Positions 29,660-39,882 of a stretch of 64,000 bases of DNA are shown one piece after another; positions within the stretch are counted from its first letter, which is position 1; the number at the start of each line of letters is the position of its first letter. The notes beneath the pieces were generated by a model that was not told the DNA's origin, did not search any database, and saw only the letters and a program-made list of their open reading frames with translations. Origin of the DNA: an uncultured Pseudomonadota bacterium (GTDB lineage: Bacteria; Vulcanimicrobiota; Vulcanimicrobiia; Eremiobacterales; Eremiobacteraceae); contig CAVTNB010000001.1 in the NCBI GenBank assembly GCA_963736005.1, positions 1,952,001 to 2,016,000 of the forward strand, given 5' to 3'. The position numbers and the translations under genes were made by a program.

Positions 29660-32600
29660 ATGACACATTCGTCATGTCGTTTTCTTTTTGTCTTGTTGCT
29701 TGGCTTCATTCTTGCCATTGCAATGACGTCAACGACGCTCGCTGGCACGACAGGGACCCTCGGTGGCTATGTGTTCGCCAAAACCGGCGGCCCGCTGCAA
29801 GATGCGAAGGTTTCCGCTGCATCACCATCCCAGTCGGCACAAACGCAGACAGATGCCACGGGGCATTTTCTCTTTGCTTCCCTGATCCCAGATACGTATA
29901 CCGTCACTGCCTCCAAAGACGGCTATGAAACGTTGTCGCAGCCGGGTATTACGATCCTTGCCGACAACACGCAGAACCTCGAGCTCGTGCTTCAACAGCA
30001 GGTGACGACGCTGTCAAAGGTCATCGTGTCGGCATCGGTGCTCGGTCTGTTGAGCCCAGGGACGACACAAAGCGTCTACAGCATCTCGCCCAACACCGCG
30101 AACAAACTCTCTGCGCTTGGCGGCGGCTTCAACCTCAACCAAGCGTACTCAGCCATCTCCGCAGTCCCTGGCGCATTTGTGCCGCCGTGGCAATCCGGTT
30201 TCAACCAACCAATCTTCTTGCGCGGCGGCGACTTCAACGAGATCGGCTACGAGCTCGACGGCATTCCGCTCAACCGCGCCTTCGACAACGTCCCAACCAC
30301 CAATCTCTCCACGTTCGGCCAACAGCAGTTGCAGGTCTATACAGGCGGAGCGCCTGCCGACGCGGAGTCGCACGGCTTGGCCGGCTACATCAATCAGGTC
30401 ATCAAGACGGGTACCGTACCAGGGTTTGCGAACGCGAGTATGGGTGTGGGCAGTCCCGCGCTCTACAACAAGTTCTCTTTGGAGGGTGGCGGCGCCACTA
30501 CCGATCGCCGACTCACGTACTACTTTAACGTGGGAGGGTTCAATCAGGCTTTTCGCTATGGCGATCAGTTCAATGGCGCTGCGCTCTCGCAGCACTTTGG
30601 CCAAGCCTTCGATCTCGGTAACGCGGCGTTCGGCCCCTTAAGCCCACTGCCCATTGCAGGCCCGGGCTGTCCAGCCATTCCAAACGGCTCAAACTATGCC
30701 GGTTGCTATTCGAATCATGCGTTCTTTGGTCAACTCCCGGCCGGACCGGGTGGGTACATCTTGGGTCCTTATCAGTTGGGACAGAATTCGTCGGAAGCCG
30801 ACCGCGAGAACATTGTCAATCTCCACTACTCGATTCCGCACGAGCGAGCCGGCATCAGCGATGACGTCCAGCTCCTGTACGATGTCTCGCAGATTTATAC
30901 GTATGTCTATGGTTCGTATAGCGACTGGGGTGGCCAAAGTTTATGGACGACCGCGGAGTCGCAGACTCCGGGATTGCACGCTCCCGGATCAGTTCCGGTG
31001 TTCGTGTCCGGATTTCAGTACACGGGTGCGCTCGGGCAACCGGTTGCGGGTGCGCCGTTTGGTCCCATCACCGGCATGGAACCGTATCTCTTTCCGAGCC
31101 AAGACTCGTACGGCGTGAATGGACAGATCCCCATCGATCAACGCGATGCGAGCTCGAATGGCCAAGCGCTCGTCAAGGTGCAGTATCAACACGACTTCGG
31201 CGCCGACGAGTACGTGCGTGTGTACGGCTACAGCGCGTACTCAAGTTCTTTTTTCCACGACCCGAACTTCACCAATCAGATTTTTCCGACAGCCCGCGTT
31301 GCTAATAGCGATCAGGAATTGTGGACGCACACGTATGGCGTTTCGGGCGAATACGCGGCGCAGATCAACCCGGCTCATCTCTTGAGCGTGTCAGCATCGT
31401 ACTTGACATCCAATAACGTTAGCTTCAACAATGAACAGATGACCAACTCAACCCCGGGCGTGCCATTTTTTCCGCCATCGCAATCAGTTTTTGCGGCCCT
31501 CGTGAGCTCAGCCAACCCGAAGAACGGCACGTGCTACTACTACGACCCAGTAACATTCTCAGCGCCAACGCCAACCTCGTGCGAACCAACGACACCCGTG
31601 CCGACCGGAGGGCCGCTGCCGCTCTTCAACACGAAGTTTCTGACGTTCGGCGGCCCGTACTATCCAGCGCCTCCAGGCTTCGAGTGGCTGGCGGTCGAGA
31701 GCGGCCCAAATGGCGTGACCAACTCTGTGACCCCGAAGTTTCTCGCGTTTTCCATCCAAGATCAATGGCGCCCAATCAATCGCGTGCATATCAACGTTGG
31801 CGTTCGCGTTGACCGCTTTCAATACAACCTGCCATCGACAAGTGGCGGTCCAATGACTCCATTTTGGTTCAATGAGTGGAACACGGTCATGTGCGCCAAC
31901 GCGGGCGTCAATGGGGGTGTGCCCGTCGACGAGACAACGCCGACCAGTTTTGGTGGTCCCGGGCTTCCGCCGGGCACGCCGTGCTCGCTCTTAGGAGCGG
32001 GCTGGCATAGCGCAACGATCGCCAACACGTCGCCAAGCTCGCTCGCGCACACAGTTGTCGAGCCGCGCCTGGGCGGCACGTATCAAGCAGACGTCGATGA
32101 CGTGCTCCGGCTCTCGCTTGGCAGTTATGCCCAGCCACCGCAAGCGCAATACGAGCAGTATAATACGCTACAGCAAAACTTGGCAAACTACATTGGCGGC
32201 TTGTACTACTCGATCGGCTATACGACGCCCGCACACGATCTCACGCCATCTGTTTCGAACAACTACGACTTTTCGTGGGAGCACCGTTTCCATCGGACCG
32301 ACGCCAGCTTCAAACTGACGCCGTTCTATCGCAGTACGCAAGATAAAACGCAACAGTTCTTTATCAATGCAACCTCGGGCACGGTTTCCGGTGTCAACGC
32401 GGGTAAGCAGACCGCCTACGGTGCTGAGTTTCTCTTGCAGTCTGGTTCGGAGGAGAAGAATGGCTTCTCCACGCTGCTCTCTTACACGTATACCTACAGT
32501 CGCATCAAATATGGCGCGCTGCAGAACGGATCGACGTTGCTCTCACCCATCAACAGTGCGATTCAACTGTACAACTCCTATACATCTGCGTGTAAAGGCG

Positions 32601-33361
32601 TTGCGCCCTCGACCAACCCAAACGCCCCGTGTGGAGTCTTCGGCAGTGCCAACGCAAATGCAACCGAGTCATTGTCGGGCGTCGCAAACCCGTATTACAA
32701 TGCCCCGATGCAGGCGCTCATAGATGTCAACGGTTCGTATCCGACCTACGACGTCGTACCGACTGGCACGCAGCTGTCAACCGTGAGCTATGGCGTTCCG
32801 AACAATGCGACACTCGCGTTGACCTATCATCACAATCAATGGAGGTTCACGCCACTGCTGCAATACATCACCGGGAGCCGCTACGGCGCACCCGAGCAGC
32901 AGCTGGGCGTCGATCCCGCAACGTGCGCCCCGCTGGCAGGCTCGGTTTCGGGAGATCCGCGCTACCCGCATGGTGGCACTGGACTTCCCTACGACGCCAC
33001 AACCTGCGTCAACACGATTGTGATTCCCGATCAAATAACGGGCAAGTTCGACGCGATAGGAGCATTCCTCGAACCTTCCTATATCGGTCTCCACGCCCAG
33101 CTTTCGTATGACGTGTCACCACGCACCACCATCCAAGCAACCTTCGCGAACATTCTCTCGTCGTGTTTCGGTGGTTCGAATGAGCCGTGGGTGATTGGCG
33201 TGCATCAGTGCGGTTACGATGTCGTCCAGGGTCATATACCGGCCGTCGGCAACATCTATAACCCTGGCGACTCGATACAGCGGCTCGTGCAGTATCCGTA
33301 CGGCAATCTATTTTCAACATCGCCGTTCAACATGTTTGTCAACGTGAATTTCAAACTCTAA
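29660..33361 (+). CDS. TonB-dependent receptor-like outer-membrane protein with N-terminal carboxypeptidase-regulatory-like domain
   Basis: Signal peptide, TDATGHF..LIPDTYTVT, plug-like LRGG..YELDGIP, EPRLG, C-terminal NVNFKL. Confidence 0.8.
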   Translation: MTHSSCRFLFVLLLGFILAIAMTSTTLAGTTGTLGGYVFAKTGGPLQDAKVSAASPSQSAQTQTDATGHFLFASLIPDTYTVTASKDGYETLSQPGITILADNTQNLELVLQQQVTTLSKVIVSASVLGLLSPGTTQSVYSISPNTANKLSALGGGFNLNQAYSAISAVPGAFVPPWQSGFNQPIFLRGGDFNEIGYELDGIPLNRAFDNVPTTNLSTFGQQQLQVYTGGAPADAESHGLAGYINQVIKTGTVPGFANASMGVGSPALYNKFSLEGGGATTDRRLTYYFNVGGFNQAFRYGDQFNGAALSQHFGQAFDLGNAAFGPLSPLPIAGPGCPAIPNGSNYAGCYSNHAFFGQLPAGPGGYILGPYQLGQNSSEADRENIVNLHYSIPHERAGISDDVQLLYDVSQIYTYVYGSYSDWGGQSLWTTAESQTPGLHAPGSVPVFVSGFQYTGALGQPVAGAPFGPITGMEPYLFPSQDSYGVNGQIPIDQRDASSNGQALVKVQYQHDFGADEYVRVYGYSAYSSSFFHDPNFTNQIFPTARVANSDQELWTHTYGVSGEYAAQINPAHLLSVSASYLTSNNVSFNNEQMTNSTPGVPFFPPSQSVFAALVSSANPKNGTCYYYDPVTFSAPTPTSCEPTTPVPTGGPLPLFNTKFLTFGGPYYPAPPGFEWLAVESGPNGVTNSVTPKFLAFSIQDQWRPINRVHINVGVRVDRFQYNLPSTSGGPMTPFWFNEWNTVMCANAGVNGGVPVDETTPTSFGGPGLPPGTPCSLLGAGWHSATIANTSPSSLAHTVVEPRLGGTYQADVDDVLRLSLGSYAQPPQAQYEQYNTLQQNLANYIGGLYYSIGYTTPAHDLTPSVSNNYDFSWEHRFHRTDASFKLTPFYRSTQDKTQQFFINATSGTVSGVNAGKQTAYGAEFLLQSGSEEKNGFSTLLSYTYTYSRIKYGALQNGSTLLSPINSAIQLYNSYTSACKGVAPSTNPNAPCGVFGSANANATESLSGVANPYYNAPMQALIDVNGSYPTYDVVPTGTQLSTVSYGVPNNATLALTYHHNQWRFTPLLQYITGSRYGAPEQQLGVDPATCAPLAGSVSGDPRYPHGGTGLPYDATTCVNTIVIPDQITGKFDAIGAFLEPSYIGLHAQLSYDVSPRTTIQATFANILSSCFGGSNEPWVIGVHQCGYDVVQGHIPAVGNIYNPGDSIQRLVQYPYGNLFSTSPFNMFVNVNFKL

Positions 33362-33362
33362 T

Positions 33363-33387
33363 GTAGTCGCGCGAATTTATTCGCGCG
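33363..33387 (+). repeat. REP family A
   Basis: GTAGTCGCGCGAATTTATTCGCGCG. Confidence 0.9.
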
Positions 33388-33393
33388 TTCACT

Positions 33394-35451
33394 CTAGGTG
33401 CCGAACGCTGGCAACGATGTTGTCTGCGCGACTCGTTCGCCGAGTCTCCCGACCGAAGAAACCTGCACGGTTAGGAAACCGTGGAATCGCCTTGGGAGGT
33501 ACAAAAGCGCGGACTGACGACTGCCGTGCACAAACGTCGAACTGACGGTGGTGCCGTGCTCGTCGATCAGCGCGACTGAGGCAGACGCCTGCTCTGCAGC
33601 ACTCCACAACACTCGCACCGCGTGACCGCGAGGACCGTAGAATGCCTCGATGCCACCAAGGGCGACAACCGATCCGCTTGCCGGTTGATAGAGTTGCTGA
33701 TGCCGGACCGTCGCCCCGCCCGCCGAGGTCGCCTTATGCTGCGGAGGCGCGGCGGCGATCGGCTTGGGCGTTGCAGGTTTCGGCGTTGCGGGCCTCGGGG
33801 TTGACGGCGCAGCGGTTGTGGCGGGCGTCGGCTGCGCCGTCGCCGTCGGGCGTGCAGCGGGAGTGGCGGCCACCGTCTTCGGCCTGACATGTGGGGCCGC
33901 AAGAACCTTGTGCGTGACGAGCGGTTGCGCCGCTTGCGTTGGCGCTGTCTGATTCAATCCCACCATCGGCGTGGCCACAGCGACCGCACTCGTTGTTGCG
34001 GGCGTTTTTGTGGTTAGGCTGGCGGGTTTGAAAAGAATTGCGGCGACGGCGATCGATGCAACTGCGAGGCCACCGATCACAATGCCCGTTGGCACTCCCC
34101 ACTTGCGAGGCTGCGAGGCGGCCGCCTTTCGGCTGCGCACCGTCGCTGCGGCGATCGTCATCGGTGGGACGATTGAAATGTCTTGTGGTTGCGCGGGTTG
34201 AGCCTGCGGAATGGGTTTGACAACAGCAGTCGGTGTTTTTACCTCTGCACCAAATCGCGCTGGGCTATATGGGGTAAGCTTCGGCCCAGAAACAACTGAT
34301 TCTGTCGGCGCAGAAGGTGTGGCGGGAGCTGCCGGTGGCGCCTGTGGAGCTGCCACTGACATTGCGGGAGGCGCTGGAGAAGGTGGAGGTGGGGCAACTG
34401 GCGCTGCTGCGGCTGCGAGGGTCGTTGCGGGCGCAGAGGGCTCAACTTTCTTCCCGTTGCTTGATGGTGGCAACGGCTGAGCTACGTTTGCCGCAAGATC
34501 TGGGAAAAGCGATAGAGCCGTCGCCTCACGGGAGACGGCAGGCGTTGCTATCGAGGCTGTCGCCGCTGCATTGATCGCGCTACCGCTCGCTGGCGCCAAT
34601 GGGTTTGGCAAGAACTTCAACGCGACGTGGCCATTGAGCATCAAAAGCGGGACTAGTGGCTTTTCGACTGCGGCGCGCCGTGGTGGAGTCTGAGTTCGCG
34701 GAGCTACGCTCGCAGCTCTTGCAGTCGCGGCGATCTTTTGTGCTGCGGCCTGCAGCTTCTCGTCAATGATATCCCAGCGAATACGAGTCGTTCGTTTACC
34801 GTTCGAAACCGGGACTGAAACCTCGAGCATTCGCGGATGATTCAAACCTGAACTATCTTTAATATTGCGATCCCAGCGAACGGGAATGTTGACTTCGCCG
34901 CTCTGACCCGGCTCGAGCTGCAGCAGAGGCAAACTGGCGACCGAAAATGCGGGGTGCGACGTGAACGACACCTGAAACGCCGCGGGCGCTTCGCTTTGAC
35001 TGCGAATCGCAGTGGCCATGGAAAAACCGCACAACTCGCCTTTCTCAACGATGACATCCTTGAACAAAAGCGTGATACTGCAGTCGGTGCCGCCGGTGAC
35101 GATCAGTGGATGTTCAAACGTGGCCAATTCTGCGCCCGAATCGTCGCGCAGCGTCATAAGCACGCGCTGCCCGCGCGTTGGATTGGCATTTTCGGAGAAC
35201 AGGACTGTGACCGTTCTCACTTCGTGCCCGCGGAGAGTAAACGTCGGCGGGTCAACGGTGACACCAGAGGCCGGGTCCTCGACGACGAGCGAACAATCCG
35301 CCGCATTCTTCGTGTCGTTTCTGACGCGCAGATCGTAGATGCACCGAGACCCAGGCGTAAGGTACCACCTGCCGGAACGATCCAGCGTTTCAATTCGCAA
35401 ACTTTGAGCCAACGAGCGCGCCTCCGCATCATCATTATCGGAAACTGGCAT
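33394..35451 (-). CDS. Hypothetical bitopic membrane protein with Pro/Ala/Thr-rich linkers
   Basis: Long ORF, one TM (IVIGGLAVASIAVAAILF); ATG at 35451 chosen to avoid overlap with hsp20. Confidence 0.65.
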   Translation of the reverse strand: MPVSDNDDAEARSLAQSLRIETLDRSGRWYLTPGSRCIYDLRVRNDTKNAADCSLVVEDPASGVTVDPPTFTLRGHEVRTVTVLFSENANPTRGQRVLMTLRDDSGAELATFEHPLIVTGGTDCSITLLFKDVIVEKGELCGFSMATAIRSQSEAPAAFQVSFTSHPAFSVASLPLLQLEPGQSGEVNIPVRWDRNIKDSSGLNHPRMLEVSVPVSNGKRTTRIRWDIIDEKLQAAAQKIAATARAASVAPRTQTPPRRAAVEKPLVPLLMLNGHVALKFLPNPLAPASGSAINAAATASIATPAVSREATALSLFPDLAANVAQPLPPSSNGKKVEPSAPATTLAAAAAPVAPPPPSPAPPAMSVAAPQAPPAAPATPSAPTESVVSGPKLTPYSPARFGAEVKTPTAVVKPIPQAQPAQPQDISIVPPMTIAAATVRSRKAAASQPRKWGVPTGIVIGGLAVASIAVAAILFKPASLTTKTPATTSAVAVATPMVGLNQTAPTQAAQPLVTHKVLAAPHVRPKTVAATPAARPTATAQPTPATTAAPSTPRPATPKPATPKPIAAAPPQHKATSAGGATVRHQQLYQPASGSVVALGGIEAFYGPRGHAVRVLWSAAEQASASVALIDEHGTTVSSTFVHGSRQSALLYLPRRFHGFLTVQVSSVGRLGERVAQTTSLPAFGT

Positions 35452-35554
35452 TTGTAATGAAGGAAGCGGCGTCGCTCGCTGCGTGCTTTGGGGGGTGGCC
35501 CAGCTCACTGTGACGAAGATACCAATTCCACCAAGTTCTTGGAGTCGAGAAACA

Positions 35555-35995
35555 ATGTATCCGGACGATTTGTTCCGCGAATTCGATAGGTTGTTCGCCG
35601 AACTGAGCCTGCCGGCGGGGAGCCACGCGCGCAGAGGCTCATTTAACCCCAATGCCGACGTGTATGTGGCCAATGGCGGTTCGATGATCTTCGTGCAGAT
35701 CGAACTCGCTGGTGTCGATCGAGATAATATCAGGCTCGTCGTGGAAGGTCGAACGCTCTATCTCGCTGGCGTGCGAGCCAGCGACGCTCACGGCTGCGAG
35801 TCCGTGATGCAAAAGGAGATCGAGCGCGGCTATTTTTTTAAGAGGATTCAATTACCGGTCTCGGTGGAGGTCGAAGATGCCCGCGCTGAATACAGCTCTG
35901 GGATGCTCACCGTGAAATTGCCTGTCGCCCAACAGTCGTCGGTGCTTCCCGTGGACAGGACTGAGATTCGCATGGTTGTCCGAGGCCGAAGCTAG
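35555..35995 (+). CDS. Hsp20/alpha-crystallin small heat-shock protein
   Basis: FNPNADVY, ELAGVD, EIERGYFFKRIQLP and AEYSSGMLTVKLP motifs; abuts lon. Confidence 0.9.
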   Translation: MYPDDLFREFDRLFAELSLPAGSHARRGSFNPNADVYVANGGSMIFVQIELAGVDRDNIRLVVEGRTLYLAGVRASDAHGCESVMQKEIERGYFFKRIQLPVSVEVEDARAEYSSGMLTVKLPVAQQSSVLPVDRTEIRMVVRGRS

Positions 35996-38413
35996 ATGGC
36001 CGAAAAGACGATCGCTTCTCCAACTCCGGGAAGTGCCACGATCCCCGCACAGCTTGCGATCTTGCCCCTGCAAGAGGCAGTCTTGTATCCGAACACCGTC
36101 ATGCCGCTGGCGGTCACCAAGCAGCACGGTATCAAATTGGTGGAAGATGCGCTGCGATCGAGCGCCCCGGTGGGTGTTGTTGCGTTGCGAGACCGCGACG
36201 CTTCGCCGCCAACGCCAGATGACGTGTACACTGTCGGTACTGTTGCCATAATTCAGAAGATGATCAAGGTGCCGGATGGCACGCTGCGCTGCATCATCTC
36301 GGGGACCGTGCCATTCAAAGTTGTCGAATTTACGCAAGCCGCGCCGTACCTTGTCGCAAAGGTCGAGCAGCTGGAAGAACTGACCGTTGAGAGCGATGAG
36401 CTCACGGCCATGTCGCGGAACCTCGCGTCGCAGTACTCAAAACTGCTTTCGTTCCTGCCGTCCGCGCCGCGCGAGCTCGAGTTGGAAGTCAATAACATCA
36501 GCGACCCCAACATGCTCTCCTACTTTATTGCCTCAACGATGCGACTCGACACACCGGACAAGCAGGCGATCCTTGAAGAACGTGACACGCACGCCCGCTT
36601 GCGCATGCTCACAGCGTTCATGGCGCGCGAGCTTGAAGTGGTCGAGCTCGGACATAAGATTCAGACTGACATCCAAAAGGAGATGGACAAGAGCCAGCGC
36701 GAGTATTATCTCCGGCAGCAGCTCAAAGCCATCCAAGAAGAACTGGGCGAGACCGATCCCGCGCAAGCCGACGTCAACGAGCTACGCGAAAAGATCGAGG
36801 CGGCCAAAATGCCGGAAGATGCCAACAAGGCAGCGCTGCGTGAATTGGACCGGCTCGGGAAGATTCCGTCGGCCAGCCCAGAGTATTCCGTGATCCGCAC
36901 CTACCTGGATTGGCTGGTCACGCTGCCGTGGTCGGTGACGACCGAAGATTCGCTCGACATCGATAAAGCGCGCAAGATCCTCGATGAGGATCATTACGAC
37001 CTCGAAAAAGTCAAAGACCGGATCCTCGAATACTTGGCAGTGCGCAAGCTGCGCAATACACTGACTGGGCCGATTCTGTGCTTTGTTGGACCACCCGGAG
37101 TGGGCAAGACCTCTTTGGGCAAGTCGATCGCGCGAGCCATGGGGCGCAAGTTCATTCGCCTATCGGTTGGCGGCGTGCGCGACGAGGCCGAAATCCGCGG
37201 TCACCGGCGCACGTATATCGGCGCTATGCCGGGCACCTTCATACGCGCGATCCGCGATGTGGGCTCAGCCAACCCGCTTGTTATGATCGACGAGATCGAC
37301 AAAGTGGGCGCCGATTTTCGCGGCGATCCATCGTCAGCGCTCTTAGAAGTGCTCGATCCAGAGCAGAATAATTCGTTTCGCGATCACTACCTCGACCTGC
37401 CATTCGATCTCAGCCGTGTGCTGTTCATCGCCACCGCGAACCAACTCGACACGATTCAGCCGGCCTTGCGCGACCGTATGGAGATTATTCCACTTGCTGG
37501 GTACACGCAGGCCGAGAAAGTTGCCATTGCCCGCAAGTATCTCGTACCAAAGCAGCTGACGGCAAACGGCTTAACGACCAAGCAGCTCTCCATCAGCAAA
37601 GACGCACTCGATGAGATTGCGGCAAACTACACTCGCGAAGCGGGTGTGCGCAACCTCGAACGCGAGATTGCAACGATTGCACGCAAGGTCGCTCGCAAGG
37701 TTGCCGAACGTGCCAGCGTCACCGCGCACGTGACTGCCGCAAATCTTGCAGACTACTTGGGTAAACGGCGCTTCTATGGCGAGGTTGCCTTGCGAACGGC
37801 GGCTGAGGGTGTTGCGACCGGACTGGTGGTCACGCCGGTAGGCGGCGATATCGTTTTTATCGAGTCGAAGGTCATGCCGGGCACCGGCAAGCTCACCCTG
37901 ACCGGTCAACTCGGCGATGTGATGAAAGAGTCAGCCCAGGCGGCGCTCGCGTTTGTACGGAGCCGCTCGAGTGAACTTGGACTCAAGGACGATTATTTCA
38001 ACAAACATGACGTGCACGTCCACGTTCCCGCGGGTGCCGTGCCCAAGGATGGGCCGTCGGCCGGCATTGCCATTGCCACCTCGCTCGTGTCAGCGGTGAC
38101 CGGTAAAAAGGTTGACTCAAACGTCGCCATGACTGGCGAGATAACGCTCACGGGTCAGGTGCTGCCGATTGGCGGGGTGAAGGAAAAAGTGCTCGGGGCT
38201 CGCCGTGCTGGAATCAACCGCGTCATTCTTCCGGCGCGCAACAAGCCCGACATGTTAGAAGACGTTCCCCTTGATGTGCGCAAGTCGATGAAGTTCGTCT
38301 TCGTCGAAGAGCTGTCGCAGGTACTTCGCGAGACGTTGGGTGCGCGGATGATCTCGCCCGTTATGAGCACCAACGGCAAGCGCAACGGCCGCCTCCCCGC
38401 CGCCGCCCGCTAA
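35996..38413 (+). CDS. lon: ATP-dependent protease La
   Basis: GPPGVGKTS, IRGHRRTYIGAMPG, PKDGPSAG (catalytic Ser) and GGVKEK motifs. Confidence 0.97.
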   Translation: MAEKTIASPTPGSATIPAQLAILPLQEAVLYPNTVMPLAVTKQHGIKLVEDALRSSAPVGVVALRDRDASPPTPDDVYTVGTVAIIQKMIKVPDGTLRCIISGTVPFKVVEFTQAAPYLVAKVEQLEELTVESDELTAMSRNLASQYSKLLSFLPSAPRELELEVNNISDPNMLSYFIASTMRLDTPDKQAILEERDTHARLRMLTAFMARELEVVELGHKIQTDIQKEMDKSQREYYLRQQLKAIQEELGETDPAQADVNELREKIEAAKMPEDANKAALRELDRLGKIPSASPEYSVIRTYLDWLVTLPWSVTTEDSLDIDKARKILDEDHYDLEKVKDRILEYLAVRKLRNTLTGPILCFVGPPGVGKTSLGKSIARAMGRKFIRLSVGGVRDEAEIRGHRRTYIGAMPGTFIRAIRDVGSANPLVMIDEIDKVGADFRGDPSSALLEVLDPEQNNSFRDHYLDLPFDLSRVLFIATANQLDTIQPALRDRMEIIPLAGYTQAEKVAIARKYLVPKQLTANGLTTKQLSISKDALDEIAANYTREAGVRNLEREIATIARKVARKVAERASVTAHVTAANLADYLGKRRFYGEVALRTAAEGVATGLVVTPVGGDIVFIESKVMPGTGKLTLTGQLGDVMKESAQAALAFVRSRSSELGLKDDYFNKHDVHVHVPAGAVPKDGPSAGIAIATSLVSAVTGKKVDSNVAMTGEITLTGQVLPIGGVKEKVLGARRAGINRVILPARNKPDMLEDVPLDVRKSMKFVFVEELSQVLRETLGARMISPVMSTNGKRNGRLPAAAR

Positions 38414-38426
38414 TTTCCACGCGAAC

Positions 38427-38543
38427 TTAAGGGCCTAATGTAGTCGCGCGAATTCATTCGCGCGTTTGAGGGCTAAATGTAGTCGCGCGAATTCATTCGC
38501 GCGTTTGAGGGCTAAATGTAGTCGCGCGAATTCATTCGCGCGT
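38427..38543 (+). repeat. Three tandem 39-bp units each containing a family-A REP
   Basis: TTGAGGGCTAAATGTAGTCGCGCGAATTCATTCGCGCGT x3 (first unit slightly variant), directly upstream of the RAYT. Confidence 0.95.
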
Positions 38544-38579
38544 GTTGACACTTCACCACCCTGGTGGGAAACGAGCGGG

Positions 38580-39032
38580 GTGAGCTTCACGCCACCCCGC
38601 CTTCAAGGATTTGACTACACCGCGTCCCGCACATATTTCGTTACTTTCTGCGTGCTCGATCGCCAGCCGGTATTCCGACGAGAGGCCGCGGCAGATATCG
38701 CGCTATCAGCGATCTTGAATCTCAGAGCCAGGGAATGGTATTGGATTCGCGCGTATTGTATTATGCCCGATCACATACATCTGGTGTTTAAGAAAAACAA
38801 ATCCGCATCCTTACAGATTGTTGTATCCACCTTAAAGCGATCGATCCTCTTGCGTTGCCGGGCAGCCGGCATTCCGATGCGCTGGCAATCAGGATTCTAC
38901 GACCGGATCGTACGAGAACACGAAAAATCCGACGAGTTTGTCAAGTATATATTGCTTAACCCAGTTCGCGCTGGCCTTGTCGGCGATTTTCACGAGTACA
39001 AGTATTGTGGGCGCCTTGACCCGTGGTTTTGA
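38580..39032 (+). mobile_element. REP-associated tyrosine transposase (RAYT; Y1 HUH, IS200/IS605 superfamily)
   Basis: RLQGFDY..YFVTFC, AYCIMPDHIH (HUH), WQSGFYDRIVR and YILLNPVRAGL (catalytic Tyr); flanked by inverted REPs. Confidence 0.92.
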
Positions 39033-39043
39033 GTGCAGATACA

Positions 39044-39105
39044 CCCGCGAATAAATTCGCGGGACAACACAGGGGAGACGCTCGCGAATAAATTCGCGAG
39101 ACTAC
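39044..39105 (-). repeat. Two inverted family-A REPs downstream of the RAYT
   Basis: CCCGCGAATAAATTCGCGGGACAAC and CTCGCGAATAAATTCGCGAGACTAC. Confidence 0.9.
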
Positions 39106-39142
39106 ATACAAAATTTGCGGGGTTATACACCAATCCGAGAGG

Positions 39143-39880
39143 TTACTTTCGGAGTTTCGATGCTGCAGCTTTGTCCAGCAGCCAGGTGAGCGTGCCCGCC
39201 GGGATGATCCCTTGGGATGGCAGACGCTGCACATCACGCGGGCCATCGATGACTTCGGCCACGATGTTGGCTTTTGAGCCGCCTTCCACAAGGAAGAATA
39301 CCGCACGCGATGCGTTGAGCGCGGGATACGTCAAGGTCAACCGCCAGGGCGACGCGACGGGTTCTTCGACAAGGTTTTCGGTGCAGAGCTCATCGACAAC
39401 CGCGAGCGCAGCCGTGTGCGGAAACAAGGATGCGGTATGACCGTCATTGCCGAGGCCGAGGAAATTGATATCGAAAGCAGTGGGTCCTGCGAAAAACGCG
39501 CGCAGCTGTTCATTATAATCGACGGCCCCTTCGTGAGGCTCGAGCTCACCATGCATACGGTGAATGTTTTCAGCGGGAAGGGAAACTTTGCTCAGCAGCG
39601 CGGCTGCTGCCATACCATAGTTTGAGTTCGCATTGTCAGGGGGCACGCACCGTTCATCCCCCCAAAAGACATGCACCGCGCTCCAGTTGATATCTTCAGC
39701 GAAATCGGTTCCGGAGAGAAGCTCGAGCATGGCTTTGGGTGTGTTTCCGCCGCACAGCGCGACCGCAAAATGACCGTGATCTTTAATGGCAGCGTGCGAG
39801 CGAGTCTGGAACTCGATGGCTGCCTGAGTGGCGAGGACCTTAGTGTTCTCTAGTACGATAATGTTATGCGCACTCGTCAC
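39143..39880 (-). CDS. pgl: 6-phosphogluconolactonase
   Basis: GGNTP, FWGDERCVP, LGLGNDGHTASLFP and RLTLT motifs. Confidence 0.95.
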   Translation of the reverse strand: MTSAHNIIVLENTKVLATQAAIEFQTRSHAAIKDHGHFAVALCGGNTPKAMLELLSGTDFAEDINWSAVHVFWGDERCVPPDNANSNYGMAAAALLSKVSLPAENIHRMHGELEPHEGAVDYNEQLRAFFAGPTAFDINFLGLGNDGHTASLFPHTAALAVVDELCTENLVEEPVASPWRLTLTYPALNASRAVFFLVEGGSKANIVAEVIDGPRDVQRLPSQGIIPAGTLTWLLDKAAASKLRK

Positions 39881-39882
39881 AG

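Noticed and set aside
35452..35673. Antisense overlap between hsp20 and the 759-aa ORF
   Set aside because: It disappears when the downstream ATGs (35451 and 35555) are used as starts.
38427..38543. CRISPR array
   Set aside because: The intervening sequences are near-identical 14-bp linkers, not unique spacers. There are no cas genes, and the units are REPs next to a RAYT.
38466..38579. N-terminal extension RAKCSRANSFAR of the RAYT ORF
   Set aside because: It is read-through of tandem REPs from a TTG. GTG at 38580 gives a typical RAYT N-terminus.
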